From the NCBI RefSeq assembly GCF_009914755.1, contig NC_060930.1: DNA of 64,000 nt; one strand, 5' to 3'. The stretch comes from the human T2T-CHM13v2.0 reference genome, Homo sapiens. The position numbers and the translations under genes are program-made. Positions 1-21,819 of this stretch are shown in pieces (position 1 is the first letter of the stretch; each line of letters begins with the position of its first letter). The notes beneath the pieces were generated by a model. It saw nothing but the letters and a program-made list of their open reading frames with translations. It did not search any database and was not told the origin of the DNA.

Positions 1-91
1 CTTCTTCTTTAACCTTTACTTTGATAATCTCCCCTTGTTCTTCTGGAGCCTGGCCAGCCAAGGCTGGGAAGACCCTAGAGACTGCTTCCAT
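1..91 (-). CDS. SCAND3: SCAN domain-containing protein 3 (ZBED9), N-terminal 30 codons; CDS continues off the left edge
   Basis: Minus strand from ATG at 91 (context gggATGG) reads MEAVSRVFPALAGQAPEEQGEIIKVKVKEE. This matches the recalled SCAND3 N-terminus and the typical pre-SCAN 'VKVKEE' motif. Not in the ORF track because it is truncated. Confidence 0.9.
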   Translation of the reverse strand, partial: MEAVSRVFPALAGQAPEEQGEIIKVKVKEE

Positions 92-329
92 CCCGAGCTT
101 AGACAGCTCAGGCAAAGGTTCTCTCCAGTTGGGGTCTAGTCAAATGGGTGATTTTACTTGAGCTCCTTTTTTGTTCTTGGTCAGGAAAGTTTTTGATATA
201 AGAAAACACTCAACACAGGACAACTACAGACTCAGTTTAAAAGGACTTGTTTACGTGACAACACAGGGCAGTTACTCGGGCAATTCCATTGAAAGTGAAG
301 CCATCCTCTGAAAAGACCAGAAATAGTGA

Positions 330-1080
330 GCACAGAGCGACTCACTAAAGCTTCAGGGTCACAAATTGAGCGGCAAGATACTTGCGAGACAGAAAACCGA
401 GGTTATGACGGATACTTTGGCCCTAAATAAAGCCTGGGTGTATGAGCCTAGGCAAGGAAACGAAGATCGGAGCAGCCTGGGCGAGGGCGGAGAGGGAGAG
501 GGGCTCACAAGCTGCCTGGGGAAGAGGCCCGATTGTCGCCGCGCACATGCACCCTTCCCTCGGCCGCAGCTCCCACCTCTGAGGAGCTCAGACCCTGTGG
601 AACCCAGACTAGTGGGTCGAGGGAAACACTCTACAGCTCAGGTGGAGGTTCCGCAGACACACCCGCAGCTGTGCCCGTAGGTTCCGGCCGGGCCCGGTGA
701 GCCACGCTCACTTCCGGTCCGCTCTAGGATTCCAGGTGGTGCCGTCTTCTCACTGGTTGTGCAAACACCTACGGTACCAGTAATTCTGGGGAGGCAAGTA
801 CTCTGGAAACGACGGAGAATTAACTCCGGAATTACCTAGTTATCTGGCATCACGGTGAAAAGAGTTCCACAGTGTGAGTAGTGCTGGAGTAGATGCTGCT
901 GGTCTGTGTTTTCCTGTCACCGTGATAAACCATCGCTGGCACTCAGACCCGTGGTGCTCACCGCAGCGACCTGAAACAAAATGGAGAGGAGCATCCCTAA
1001 GGACTACCACGTCAGCGAATCTGTAGGATCGTCCCCCGCCTTTCCTCGTTAATTTCGGGCCACTTTCACCTTTCCCTTTC
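330..1080. promoter_or_regulatory. CpG-rich, probably bidirectional promoter of SCAND3
   Basis: CpG/GC-rich segment upstream of the SCAND3 ATG. ETS/GABP motif ACTTCCGG at 710-717, GC box GGGCGG near 485, CRE-like ACGTCA near 1010. Confidence 0.7.
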
Positions 1081-2750
1081 ACCCTAAATCAGACTTAAAA
1101 AGAAATGTAAGAGTTAGTCCATTGTTTCCATTTTACGGATTAGAAAACCAAGACCACCGAGAATGAGCCTCAGTTGTTTAGTCACGGAGCACAGAGCCGT
1201 GACTAAACAACTGTGGGAAACTGGTCCCAGAAATCTAACAAAATCTGGACGGCTGATCAGCGCCTAGCGAATCACTGGAGTGGAGTAACCAGAACATTCT
1301 TTTCAAGCAGTCACTGGGTTCCTCCATACCTCTGGTAGCGCAGAGATGCCCAAGGAATATTTGTTGAATTGCTGCCTGGTTCCCTTCTCCATTCTCTGTT
1401 TCCTTCTGCTGTGGTCCTCATGTTGATTTCTCACATTTTGGCATTTCTGAGTAGAGAGTCTTTGAATAATCAGAACATCTCTTTTAGAAATCTCTAAATA
1501 AAAAAGAAATCTTACGCTTAGAGTCCGTGAATGGTCTTGAGTAAAATTCTGTATAAAATTTTTGTCTGTGTGCCTGTGTCATCCAACCCTGAAAAGATCA
1601 TTTTCCCAGTCACTTTTAACGTGCTGAACTTATCTTTTGTTTCCCCCGCTAACTATCCTTTGCAATCAGGGATTCTACTACCTTTTTCTCATTCTGCAAG
1701 GCAGTGATCTCTGCCATGCTGAGCACAGTAGGCAGTTAACATGGAGTAAGCATGACTTCTAAGTCCTTTACTGACGAGCCTTACTGTTTTGTTTGTTGTT
1801 TTGTAGATTTGCATTTGTTAATTACTACAACAGTGATAGACACTTATAAAAAAAGTCAAATATTTAAAAAGTCAACGTGGCAAGAAGTGAAGTTTCTTCA
1901 TCCTCAGTTCCATTCCTCAGAAAAATTGATGCCGAGTTTGTTGTATGTACCTCCAACCTATTTTTAAAATGTACATACAAAATTGAGTACAATATTATTA
2001 TGTACAAATATAACTGAGTCACAATTATAACTCATTATAATTTGCAAAACTTAAATCATACTAGACTACAATTCACCAAGTTACTGGGCTTTTTTGGTTT
2101 GTTTTAAACTTAAATCCTCCCCCAGAAACTGCCAAGCCAACATGTGTTACATGTCTATCCCATTCTTTTTAGTGGCTGTAGAAGAGACTATTTTGATAGA
2201 TATTGCTAAAAGATCTGCACCCCAGAGGGATGTTTATCGTGAGTCTCGCTAAAGTGTGTTAAGATCCTTTCCTTGCGCTGTGCTTTCCAAGGCCTTGGGA
2301 AGAGGTTGCTCTGTATGAAACATATTTTGTAAGATTTGCAAAAGTATGCTAGTATAGTGAAAATTAGTTAAGACAGCTTCCTCTCCCTACTCCAGCTTAT
2401 CCTCAGATACATCATACAGGCCTTAGAGTACCCATAATTTTATGTTGATAACAGCTGTTCTTTTTCTTAAAGAGGACTTTCTAAATTGTTAAGTTTCAGA
2501 CCTCACAAATCTGCCCCGGTTGATTTCTGGAAGCTAATTTATGCTCCCAACAAAAGCGCAGGAAAGAGTGAAGAGATCTCCCTGAATTTTATTTTGACAG
2601 TTACTCCTTCTTCAGCAGCAAAGCGTCAGCTTTCCTGTCAGCGTGAGTCTCACTGAAGCCTGACCTAACTCTTTCGGATCGGAACTAGAAAGTTTATTAT
2701 CAAGGAGGTATTTAACCACGACTATACATACCTACTGTACCCTTGTGGTT

Positions 2751-2822
2751 GGTCCCATGGTGTAATGGTTAGCACTCTGGACTTTGAATCCAGCAATCCG
2801 AGTTCGAATCTCGGTGGGACCT
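2751..2822 (+). tRNA. TRQ-TTG2-1: tRNA-Gln (anticodon TTG)
   Basis: 72-nt GGTCCCATGGTGTAATGGTTAGCACTCTGGACTTTGAATCCAGCAATCCGAGTTCGAATCTCGGTGGGACCT. Intact cloverleaf, A and B boxes, TTTT terminator at 2837-2840. Locus number is from memory. Confidence 0.97.
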
Positions 2823-4764
2823 TTCAAAGGTGAACGTTTTACAGTTCCTGGCTTGGCCTCTGAATGTGGGAAAAATTCGTTCCTCCGCTTCCCATCGAAT
2901 TCTCGTCGAAAACAACTTTGTGGTCGCGTGCACGGTATTGAACTCTCCCCTTCTATCCAAGCATGAAAGTACCAAGCTCTTTCGCCTAGAAGAACGCTTT
3001 CAAAGCGTATCAAATTCACGGGTTTGGAGACAAAGAGAAAGATGCTGCTCTTATCGACTTACGAAAAGCTCCAGCAGCAACGTGGAAACCCAATTCCTGT
3101 GATGGAGACAAACGCTTCCTCAAAATTTCCTAGGTTCGAAGCCCTCCTCGCTGCCACAACCAAGTCCTGCGTGTAAAGTGGCTGAGCCTTGGTCTCGGGC
3201 GTGTTTCTTTTGTTTGTTTTTTTGTTTGTTTTTTTTTTTTTTTTTCGCTGTGGACCTTGCGCCCCGGGTTACTTCTCGCCCCTTTTCCCTATCCCCCATC
3301 TTGATGAGACAATTCACCCTCATCTGCTTTCTCTAGTCCCCTGTACTTCTTAGTCTCTCCGCTCACCCCGACTGCAACGTCTGGAAATCCCTCCAAAGCC
3401 AGCAGCCCCGGAGGGCTCGGGTCCCTGGTATCCACGGCGTCGAGTCTTCCAGCCGGAGAGAAAAACTCACCTAGGACCGGACCTGGGCCTCGCCGCGCTG
3501 GGAGCTGGCATTCCCAATTCAGGACCAGACACGGTGGAGGGGCCCTACAACTTGTGTGGGAGACAAGGGAGATGGGGGTAAAAAGACCTCTGCCTTCAGC
3601 CGTTCGCCTGGCATCTCGCCTCTTCAGCTCCTAGTACCAGGGTGAAAGGAGGGGGCTCCCTGACCGAGTCCTCCCCAGACACTACCAAACACTCGGTCCG
3701 AAGCATCCGGGAAACAGTCCCTTGGAGCTGAAGGTCAAGAACAGAAAATGTAGCCGCTATCTTGCCTCCCCTGAACTGTGTGTGTAGACGAGGATTGAAT
3801 TGGAGATAGAGTTGATGAAACCCGGAAGGTCTGGAAAATTCCTTATAGACACTAATTTAGCTGTTAGAATGAGGTGGGAAATGTGAGGTGTCAAGGTGAG
3901 GGAAAGGTGTGCCCTAGAGGACAGAGAGGACAAGAACTAAATTAGAAACAAGTATTTGTGTTTCGTACAAATTAATCTCTTCTATGATGTAAGAGACAAC
4001 CTTTAAATCCAATTATTTATTTTCAGATTTCTTACTTTGACATTTTGATTTTCGCATACATACCAAAAAACCAAATCGAATCCTACTTTCACCAAGTCCA
4101 TTAAACCATTAATAATTCATTAGCTCATATTTTGAATTACCATTGGTTACACAGAGACTCTGTAACTAAGTTTACAAAATTCATGAAAGCATTATTTTGG
4201 CTCCCGTTATGTGTGCTTGATTGTACTTCATATGGTCTGTAATGGTGCTAATTGCAGAGGGAAATAACATTTTCTTGTGGTGTTGCCTTAGCTAGTGTGG
4301 CCCCACCTTCTTTCCACTTTGTTGATGTTAGCGTGATGAGATCTCACCCAAAGTGTTCTCCCTTTTCCTAATGGCCTAACAGCCTCTTCTGCCTGTTTGG
4401 GATGCTTATAAGTCCAGCCATCCTTCCGACCAACACCATAGCCTGCCTGTGTTACTGTAAGTAATCATTATGATCACATCCATCATCAAGCATCCACTTA
4501 TCCTAGCTCAAACCAGTAACTCAGACTTTATCCCAAGCCTCTAAATTAAGGTAATGGACAAGACCTGATTGGAGATGGTGCCTGCACAACGTGACCCAGA
4601 ACTGAACAGAAGGCCAAGGAGCAGCTGCTATGAGGAGGCGGAAGCAGCCACCAACACTGGGAGAGGCTGGGAGCATATGTAGATGCTCCCCCTGATGCCT
4701 TACATGTTCTGTGGGTCTACCAATTCCTTTAGGAAGCTGAGGAAATTCCCGTGGGTATTTATAA

Positions 4765-5149
4765 AAACTCCACCCTTGAACAAACTTTAGTTAGGTTCCT
4801 CTGAGCCCTCCTCTCAACTAGGTCCCATCCTTGGCTTGTCCAGCCCAATTTCAGCAAATAATCCAGTTGAGCCTAGTTTTAGCAAGAATCTTGCTAAGCC
4901 AATTCAGTAAGAATTCCTCACCTCAAAATCCTATCAAGTTTCTCTTTTTCCACCCTTGATATCTAATCAAGTTCCTCGTAGTCACTTTCTATCAAATGGT
5001 TGTCTTACCCTTACTATTAGCTATAGATCCCCAGCTGTCCCTGATGTATTTGGATCTGAGTTTATTTAATTTCTCTCCCCTATTGCAATTGTCTGGAATA
5101 AAGTCTTCCTTGCCTATTTAACTCCATCTGGTACATTTTTTCTTTGACA
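4765..5149 (+). mobile_element. ERV1-class solo LTR (MER31/MER67-like, family uncertain)
   Basis: Motifs 'actttagttagg..ctctgagccctc' and 'ttagcaagaatc..gctaag', AATAAA at about 5097, ends ...tctttgaCA. Confidence 0.5.
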
Positions 5150-5339
5150 GTTTCATCAAAGATGTATAGGCATATCCTGGGAAAACTTCTTTTCCAAAGA
5201 AGATATCCAGCTAAGGATTGAGAATATGATCAGCTGCCGAGAGAAGATGTGTTCAGAATAGAGGACCAAGCAAATTAATGGTAGCTGATTTCCTGAGGAA
5301 ATTAAAACAGACTTTAAAATCTGTCCATATCAAAAAATG

Positions 5340-9123
<3,784 letters not shown>

Positions 9124-10714
9124 TTCTAGATGAATGGATATAACATGTAGATACTTCAGCCATGTACAAGCCTTAAGACCAACATAGGAAACATCTGAAT
9201 ACTTTATTAAATCACAGATTCAAGAACATCCCATCCCCCACTGCCCCGCCACTGAGGTTATAATGCAATAGATCATGATCGAGGCCCAGAATTCTTCATT
9301 CATAACACACACTTTGGGTCATTCTGATGTAACAGTCCAGAGGAGGGTGAGAGGAACAAGAATTTTAGTCATTACTGGTTAAGAGTGTAAACTAATAAAA
9401 TCCTTTTGGAGGGCCATTTGGCAATATCTATAAATATTTTAAATGAGTATATCCTAAGACACAGCAAACTCACTTTTAAAAATTTATATTGCAGTATTAC
9501 AGATATACACATTCAAAATTTTATGTATGTATATATAAAGTTATTTGTGCAGCATAGTTTATAATAGCAAAAGATACAGAAAACCCAAATTGTCCAACAG
9601 AGAACTGGTTAAATAATATATGGTAAAGTATGCATTGGGATACAATGCATCCTTAAAAAAGAATAAGCTTTCACTTTTTGTGATGATACAGAAAGCTCTC
9701 CAGGATATATTGGTTAGGGAAATGGGGCAGGATAAGGAATGATATTCATAGTATGTTGTCATTTGTGCTTTTTTTGAGATAAAAATAGAAATATATATGT
9801 TATGTAATATATATTCATATGTGCTTAGTGTAATCCTGGAAAGAATTAACAACAGTGGTTATCAGTAAAGAATGTAATTAGGTGGTTGGGGAATAATTAT
9901 GGATGGGTGCAAGATTTTATATAGCTTTATAATTTTGGAATCATGTGAATGCAGTGCCTATTCAAAAACTTAAATAAAATAAATAAAATAAAAAATATAT
10001 ATTTTTTTCTCCCAAGGCCCACGATGGAAATCACAAGTAGAAACTATTCAATATGGACATTCCTCTCTGTCTTGCTTATGGAGGCATCTTTAGACATAAC
10101 TGGGAATGTCGTATGGAGTATATTTTTCAGCTTTGTCACATCTCTAAGCAGAGACAAATCCTCCTCAAAGCTAGAGACCAGCAGACAATAATGGTTAAGT
10201 ATTTTGTTGGGGGAGGGCAGTTTAAAGTTAGCAAAGAGTAAAAATTTCAGTAAGGTTAAAATTAGGCTGAAAATACCTGCAAAATATAGTATCAATAACT
10301 TGTTGTACATATTTATGTGGATGATTTTTATCATTTACTTTAAGTTTATTGACAATATTTTTCTATAGCCCTCAATTAATTATTCAGTTGCTCCTTCAGA
10401 AGAGCTGGAAACTCAATGGAGAACACATATATTTCTTGCCCTTAAGAAGGTTACCATCTGGAGGGAAAAGTAAACACTACCCAAATGTTTCAACTGGCTA
10501 ATTTAACTTACAAGTATGATCAATGTTGCTGAGGAAGAATTGTCCCTGAGATTTGAGAGAATCTTGTACTCAGAACTGAAAATTAGCAGAGGCCAGTTAA
10601 GATACATTTAGTAATTTACTTGGTTTCTTGGCAAATTAATCTACCAAAGATAAACGCTAACTAGGCAGCACTCAGACCCATCCTTTCAGAGGGTTAAATA
10701 AAAACCTCCAGAAA

Positions 10715-10796
10715 CGACGAGGATGGGATTCGAACCCACGCGTGCAGAGCACAATGGATTAGCAGTCCATCGCCTTAACCACTCGGCCACCTCGTC
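10715..10796 (-). tRNA. TRS-GCT4-1: tRNA-Ser (anticodon GCT)
   Basis: Reverse complement GACGAGGTGGCCGAGTGGTTAAGGCGATGGACTGCTAATCCATTGTGCTCTGCACGCGTGGGTTCGAATCCCATCCTCGTCG. 82 nt with long variable arm, T5 terminator at 10700-10704. Locus number is from memory. Confidence 0.97.
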
Positions 10797-11978
10797 ACAT
10801 GCTAAGCGTGGCAAAGTCATTTTCTTCCTCCGCACAGTTAGTCCTGTAATAATATATTTTTAATCGCTCTTTTTCTGGCTTAATCCTGATTCAGTCCTTA
10901 CAACCACACCCAGAATCGGGTATTTTTAGGTACATTTCGCAGCAACCACAAAAGTGATAAATGACACCTAGAGTGGTTCAGTTACTTGGCACATATCAAA
11001 CGAACAGATAAAAACAGTACGCCTAGGTATTAAATACGTAGATCCTTGCTGAACACTGGAATGCATGGACATAGGATTTGAACCCTGGTTTGCTGACCTG
11101 GCTCCAGCTAGCTCCTCTGTGTTCTCCCTTTGGAGGGACCGGATTATTCCTTCTCCTGATGAGAACATCTCCAGAGATTCCTGTTTTCTGGGAGGTGCCA
11201 GAAATTAGCAAACAAACTACAACGAACAATAAACCGGCTCTGTGATTCCTTATACATTTTTGCTTCTGAAATATGCCGGACAGCAAAGAGACGCTTTCAT
11301 TTCTCTCTAGTTCTTTATCTGGGGTTTGGAATTATTGCATTGCTGAGATATGCAGCAATGGGTCAAAACGGGGTTGGAAAAAAGGTAGAAAGACTCCCCG
11401 ATGTGAGCATTTTCGTTCTAGAGCAGTTTGGAATGTTACTGCGTAAGATGATTTAGCCTGGCTGCCACCAACACTTACAGGGTCGGGTGGGGCAATCCTT
11501 CCTAGAGCAGGAGCCAGCTAGCTTGGGTCGGGGTTCTGTCCCACTCACCGTGTGACCTGGGCGGGCCACTTAACCAACTCCATCCCATAATTTTTATCTA
11601 TCCAGGAAGAAGCGGACTTTGGCAATTTCAAATAAACCCAGCACCAAGGAACCCATCTACTCACTAGAGCTTCTCGGCTTTTCTATATTTGGTGGAAAAT
11701 ATTGGAGAGATTATTTCTTGCCCAAATGCTGGGGTGTTTTTGTTTTTGTTTTGTTTTGTATTGTTTGTCCTTCCTTTGAAATCTTTACTTCTCTTTAGGC
11801 AGAAGGGACTGTCTTCTCTCCCCATCATGTTCCTTTACCAAATTTCATATATCCATCCTCACCATACAACTACCCAGCATGGAAAACTGACCTGGGTTAG
11901 AGGACTAAAGATTTGTTTATTTAATGATTCAAACAATTGTAGTTATTTATTTGAATGAGGACAGTTGTTATGATTTTC

Positions 11979-12283
11979 CGGTCCGAGGTGGGTGTATCAC
12001 TTGAGGTCAGGAGTTCGAGACCAGCCTGGCCAACATTGTGAAACCCTGTTTCTACTAAAAATAAAATAAAATAAAATAAAATAAAATAAAATAAAATAAA
12101 ATTAGCTGAGTGCGGCGGTGCGCACTTGTAATCCCAGCTACTCATGAGACTGAGGCACGAAAATCGCTTGAACTCAGGAAGTGGAAGTTGCAGTGAGCTG
12201 AGATCACACCACTGCACTCCAGCCTGGGTGACAGAGTGAGACTATGTCTCAAAAAAAAAAAAAAAAAAAGAAAAAAGAAAAAA
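11979..12283 (+). mobile_element. Alu with (TAAAA)n expansion in the middle A-rich linker
   Basis: Alu consensus with a TAAAA array at about 12056-12100. Confidence 0.9.
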
Positions 12284-12284
12284 A

Positions 12285-13720
12285 GTAATTATAGCAAGGT
12301 TGCAAGACACAAGGTTACTACATAAAAGTCAATTCCTTTTCTACATACTAGCAATACTCATTTGGAATTTGAAATTAAGAAAGCAACACTATTTATATTA
12401 GCACCAAAAAAAGAAAAGAAGAAAGAAACAGAAGAGAAAACAAAAAAGAAAAAGGATACTGAGATATAAATCTAACCAGTTATGTACAAGATCTATGTGA
12501 GGAAAGCTACAAAACTCTGACTGAAGCAATCAAAGAGAATCCAAATAAATGGAGAGATATTCCATGTTCATGGATAGAAAAACTCAATATTGTCAAGACA
12601 TCAGTTCTTTCCATTTGGTCTATAGATTCAACACAATCCTAATGAAAACCCCAGTGAGATACTTAGTTGTAGAAAAAACAAACGAACTCGAAATTTATAT
12701 GGAAAGGCAAAAGATTCAGAATAGCCAACAACATGCAAAAGAACTATGCTGAAAAACTAACATTACCCAATGTCAAAGTTATAGTAATCAGGACAGTGTG
12801 GTGGTGGTGTGATATGGTTTGGGTGTGTCCCCGCTCAAATCTCGTCTTGAATTTCCATGTGTTTTGAAAGGGAGCTTGTGGGAGGTAATTGAATCATGGG
12901 GCAGATCTTCTCCATGCTGTTCTCATGATAGTGAATAAGTCTCATGAGATATGATGGTTTTAAAAAGGGGAGTTTCCCTGCACAAACTCTTCTCTTGTCT
13001 GCCACCATGTGAGACATGTCTTTCACCTTCTGCCATGATTGTGAGGCCTCCCCAGCTACATGGAACTGTAAGTCCAGTAAACCTCTTTCTTTTGTAAATT
13101 GCCCAGTCTTGGGTGTGTCTTTAACAGCAGTGTGAAAATAGACTAATACAGTTGTCAAAATAATAGAAAAATAAATCAATGGGAAGAAGTGAGAATTACA
13201 AAATAGACCCATAGTAAACTTACCTTTGACAAGAGAGCAAAGGCAGTTCAGTGGAGAAAAGCATGATTTTTTAACAAATTTTAATAAAACAATTGGAGAT
13301 CCATATGTTAAAAAAAAAAAGACTTTAGACACTGACCTTAGCACTTTCATAAAAATTAACCCAAAATTGATTATACACCTAAATGTAAAACACAAAACTA
13401 TAGAATTTCTAGCAAATAACATAGGAGAAAATCTAGGTAGCGTTGGCTTTGGCAATTAGTTTATAAAAACAACACCAAAAGCAAAACATCTGGAAAAAAA
13501 AATAAGTTGGATTTTATTAAAATTAAAAACTTCTCTGTGAAATACACCGTTAAGGGAATGAAAAGAAGATGTACAAAGAACTCTCAAAAATTTAACAAGA
13601 AAACAAACGACCCAGTTAAAATGTAGGCAAAAGATCTGGACACTTCACTAAAGAAGGTGGCGGCTAAGCTTATTTATAGATTCTCAACATCATACGTCAC
13701 TAGGGAATTAAAAGTCAAAA
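12285..13720 (+). mobile_element. Old L1M ORF2 fragment, interrupted by THE1
   Basis: 'aaataaatggagagatattccatgttcatggatagaa', 'aaacataggagaaaatct' and similar L1 ORF2 3' motifs. Confidence 0.75.
12810..13150 (+). mobile_element. THE1 (MaLR) solo LTR
   Basis: Begins TGATATGGTTTGG.TGTGTCCCC, ends GACTAATACA, about 340 bp. Confidence 0.9.
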
Positions 13721-13724
13721 CAGC

Positions 13725-19292
<5,568 letters not shown>

Positions 19293-20528
19293 CTATGCAA
19301 ATATTTTTCATTAAAGAAGACTAAAAAAGACAGGACAACTAAATGCAACGCCTGACCCTAGACTAGATCCTATATGAGAGGAAAACATCAGGTCAATTGG
19401 TCAACTTGAAATGCAGACTGTAGATTAAATACAGCTATTGTATCAATGTTAAATTTACAAAAGTTCCTAATAGTACTGTGGGTATATAGAAAAGTACTTA
19501 AGTAAAGGAAATGGACGTGATGTATGCAACGTACAGGAGAGAGAAGAAGCAACTCATAAGGCAAATGGGGTAAAATATTAATAATATCTAAATCTGAGTA
19601 AAGGATAGAAGGGTATTTTTGTATTATTTTTATTTTTTCAACTTTTTAGTGAGTTATAAATTGTTTGAGAAAGAGAGAGGGAGAGATTTCAACGGAGGTG
19701 CCTCAGAAGTCAATAGTTGTGAATTTGGGTTGGGCTGGGCCAGCTCTTTAAAATATGAGAAGCTTCCCCCACCTCCCCTCACCATTCGAGAAACCAATAA
19801 TTTTTCATTGCTCCATGGTTTCCTACAGATTGGTCGCCAAGCAACAGATGCCAGCCCTGCCTTACCTAATTCATCTTTTTTTCAGATAACGCTACTACCC
19901 CACCCCAACCCCCACCAGTTTGGCTTAGCAGGGGACCCTCAGAGTTTTGTCGGAGGTAAACTACTCTAGACGTGCGGATCTGGGTGCCTACGTGATGCCT
20001 CTCACCCGGGCCCAGATTTCCAGTTTGTCCTTGTGATTGATTCATGACATCTTGAGCTCACAAGAACGTTCCCTGCCATCACCACTAAGTGTTCAGTGGA
20101 CGTTTTGGGCTTTTGGAAACGGAAGTGATTTGAGGGTCTTTGTTCCAAGAAAGGCGGTGCTGGGCCCGGGGACTGGAACTCGGTAGGCGAGGATCCCCTT
20201 TGACGCCCCCCTACAGTTTCCCTTCAAACACGTAGGTCTCAGCTGGTACCCTGGCTGCGCTACTGGCTTTGGCCTCCTGGGGCCTTATGGTTGAAAACAG
20301 CAGGAAATGAAGCTGGAAAAAGCGAGAGACAACAGATTGTCTGCTTTCAGGCTCCTTCCTTTGTAATTTCACTGTGTTGCTTTCTTTGGACGCTGCTTGT
20401 GCAGGACCCAGCCTAGCTGTTTCACAAATTGCGGAGTTTGCATTCATGATTTCATTGCAATTTACCGAATCTTTGAGAAATACTGATTATAAATCATGAA
20501 AGAAATGCAAAGCAACCTGTCTGTGGTT

Positions 20529-20600
20529 GGGGGTGTAGCTCAGTGGTAGAGCGCGTGCTTAGCATGTACGAGGTCCCGGGTTCAATCCCCGGCACCTCCA
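20529..20600 (+). tRNA. TRA-AGC3-1: tRNA-Ala (anticodon AGC)
   Basis: 72-nt GGGGGTGTAGCTCAGTGGTAGAGCGCGTGCTTAGCATGTACGAGGTCCCGGGTTCAATCCCCGGCACCTCCA. G3:U70 Ala identity pair, TTTT at 20605-20608. Locus number is from memory. Confidence 0.97.
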
Positions 20601-21279
20601 CCAGTTTTGGGAGTGCGCACTTTCTCCTCTCAATGGACCGCCTTTCCACTTTCCTTTCTCCCTCCCGTTAAATAAACCTAGTCTCATTCATTCAATTTTC
20701 TGCTTGTCTGTACAGCCTTTGCAGTGTTAAGTATCTGTATCGATAGCATTGCCACACCAGGAAGGTCATGAACCCTTTGTAAAAGCATTTTCGCAAATTA
20801 ATCAGCCTGGTTTCTTTGGATTTCATGCTATGGTATTACTGAAAAACAGAAAAAATATAAAAATAATAAAAGACCCTTTGTTTTATTCACTGTTTTTTTT
20901 TTCTTTTCTTTTTTGAATTCTGAAGAGTTCTTAGAGCAAAGAACAGCATGGAGGTGGAATAGCAGAAACATATCTTATTGATGTCTTTCTTCTGAGCTTC
21001 CAACCACCCTATACCTTACCTTTTCTTGAATCACCAGATATGGAAGCAGTGGGCCCCGTTAGTATTGTGCGGTGATAGGTACATGAAGGACAATAAAATG
21101 CTGTCTGTCATAGCATGGGGTGCCTCCCAAGTCTAACCCGAATGAGACAGAATGGATTGGCTGGTTAAATGAAACCAGAACTACTGTCCTTTTGCTGAAA
21201 TAGCTTAGTGGGAGTGTGAGAGACCAGGCATCCAAATATCTCTTGTTCAAGAAAATTTCAGTAAAAATAAATGACATGT

Positions 21280-21819
21280 TTTTGGGAAAAGGGCTTGTGG
21301 GGTGCCTGCATAAACTGGCCATAAAAATATGAGACAATATGTTGTGGAAAGCCACAAGAGTCCTCTGAGGAGGAAAGCCTCCTAATTGCCATCATGTTCC
21401 CATGCTCAGAGCGAGACCCGCTCTCTTATCTGTAAACACTGCGTTCAAGGAGAAAGACACTCCTTTGAAATACTGGAATGTGGACAGACTCCAAGTTAAG
21501 CCCGCTCCCACTAGCTACTCTCCCATAAGTTAAAGATATGCTATTTGAGCACAAAGGAGATTCATTTAAACCGCTATTGCTATAGATAACGGCTATGACG
21601 CACTGCCACCTTTTCACTGTTTCGCCCTGAACATCTGCTTCTTAGATCTAAGTTATTGTATTCTATAAATAGTGTGGAGACCAGAGGTCTGAGCCTTTTG
21701 CAGCCTCCATTTTGCAACTGGCCCCCTGGCTCCCCACCTTTACTCTTGTCTCTTCTCAATCCTTTGTCGCCACCGGACTTTGGGTACCCTACGGGTGGTG
21801 TTGAGGCTGGTCCCCAACA
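21280..21819 (+). mobile_element. LTR14 solo LTR (HERV-K(C4)/HML-10 type)
   Basis: 540 bp. Starts ..TTGGGAAAAGGGCTTGTGGGGTGCCTG, ends GGCTGGTCCCCAACA. Perfect 5-bp TSD CATGT at 21275-21279 and 21820-21824. Confidence 0.8.

Noticed and set aside
366-680. 104-aa plus-strand ORF in the SCAND3 promoter
   Set aside because: Non-ATG start (TTG), GC-rich promoter DNA, no recognisable domain.
11070-11100. GGATTTGAACCC B-box-like motif near tRNA-Ser
   Set aside because: Context fits a MIR SINE remnant; no cloverleaf.
12835-13455. 206-aa minus-strand ORF
   Set aside because: Spans antisense L1M and THE1 sequence; a chance open frame.
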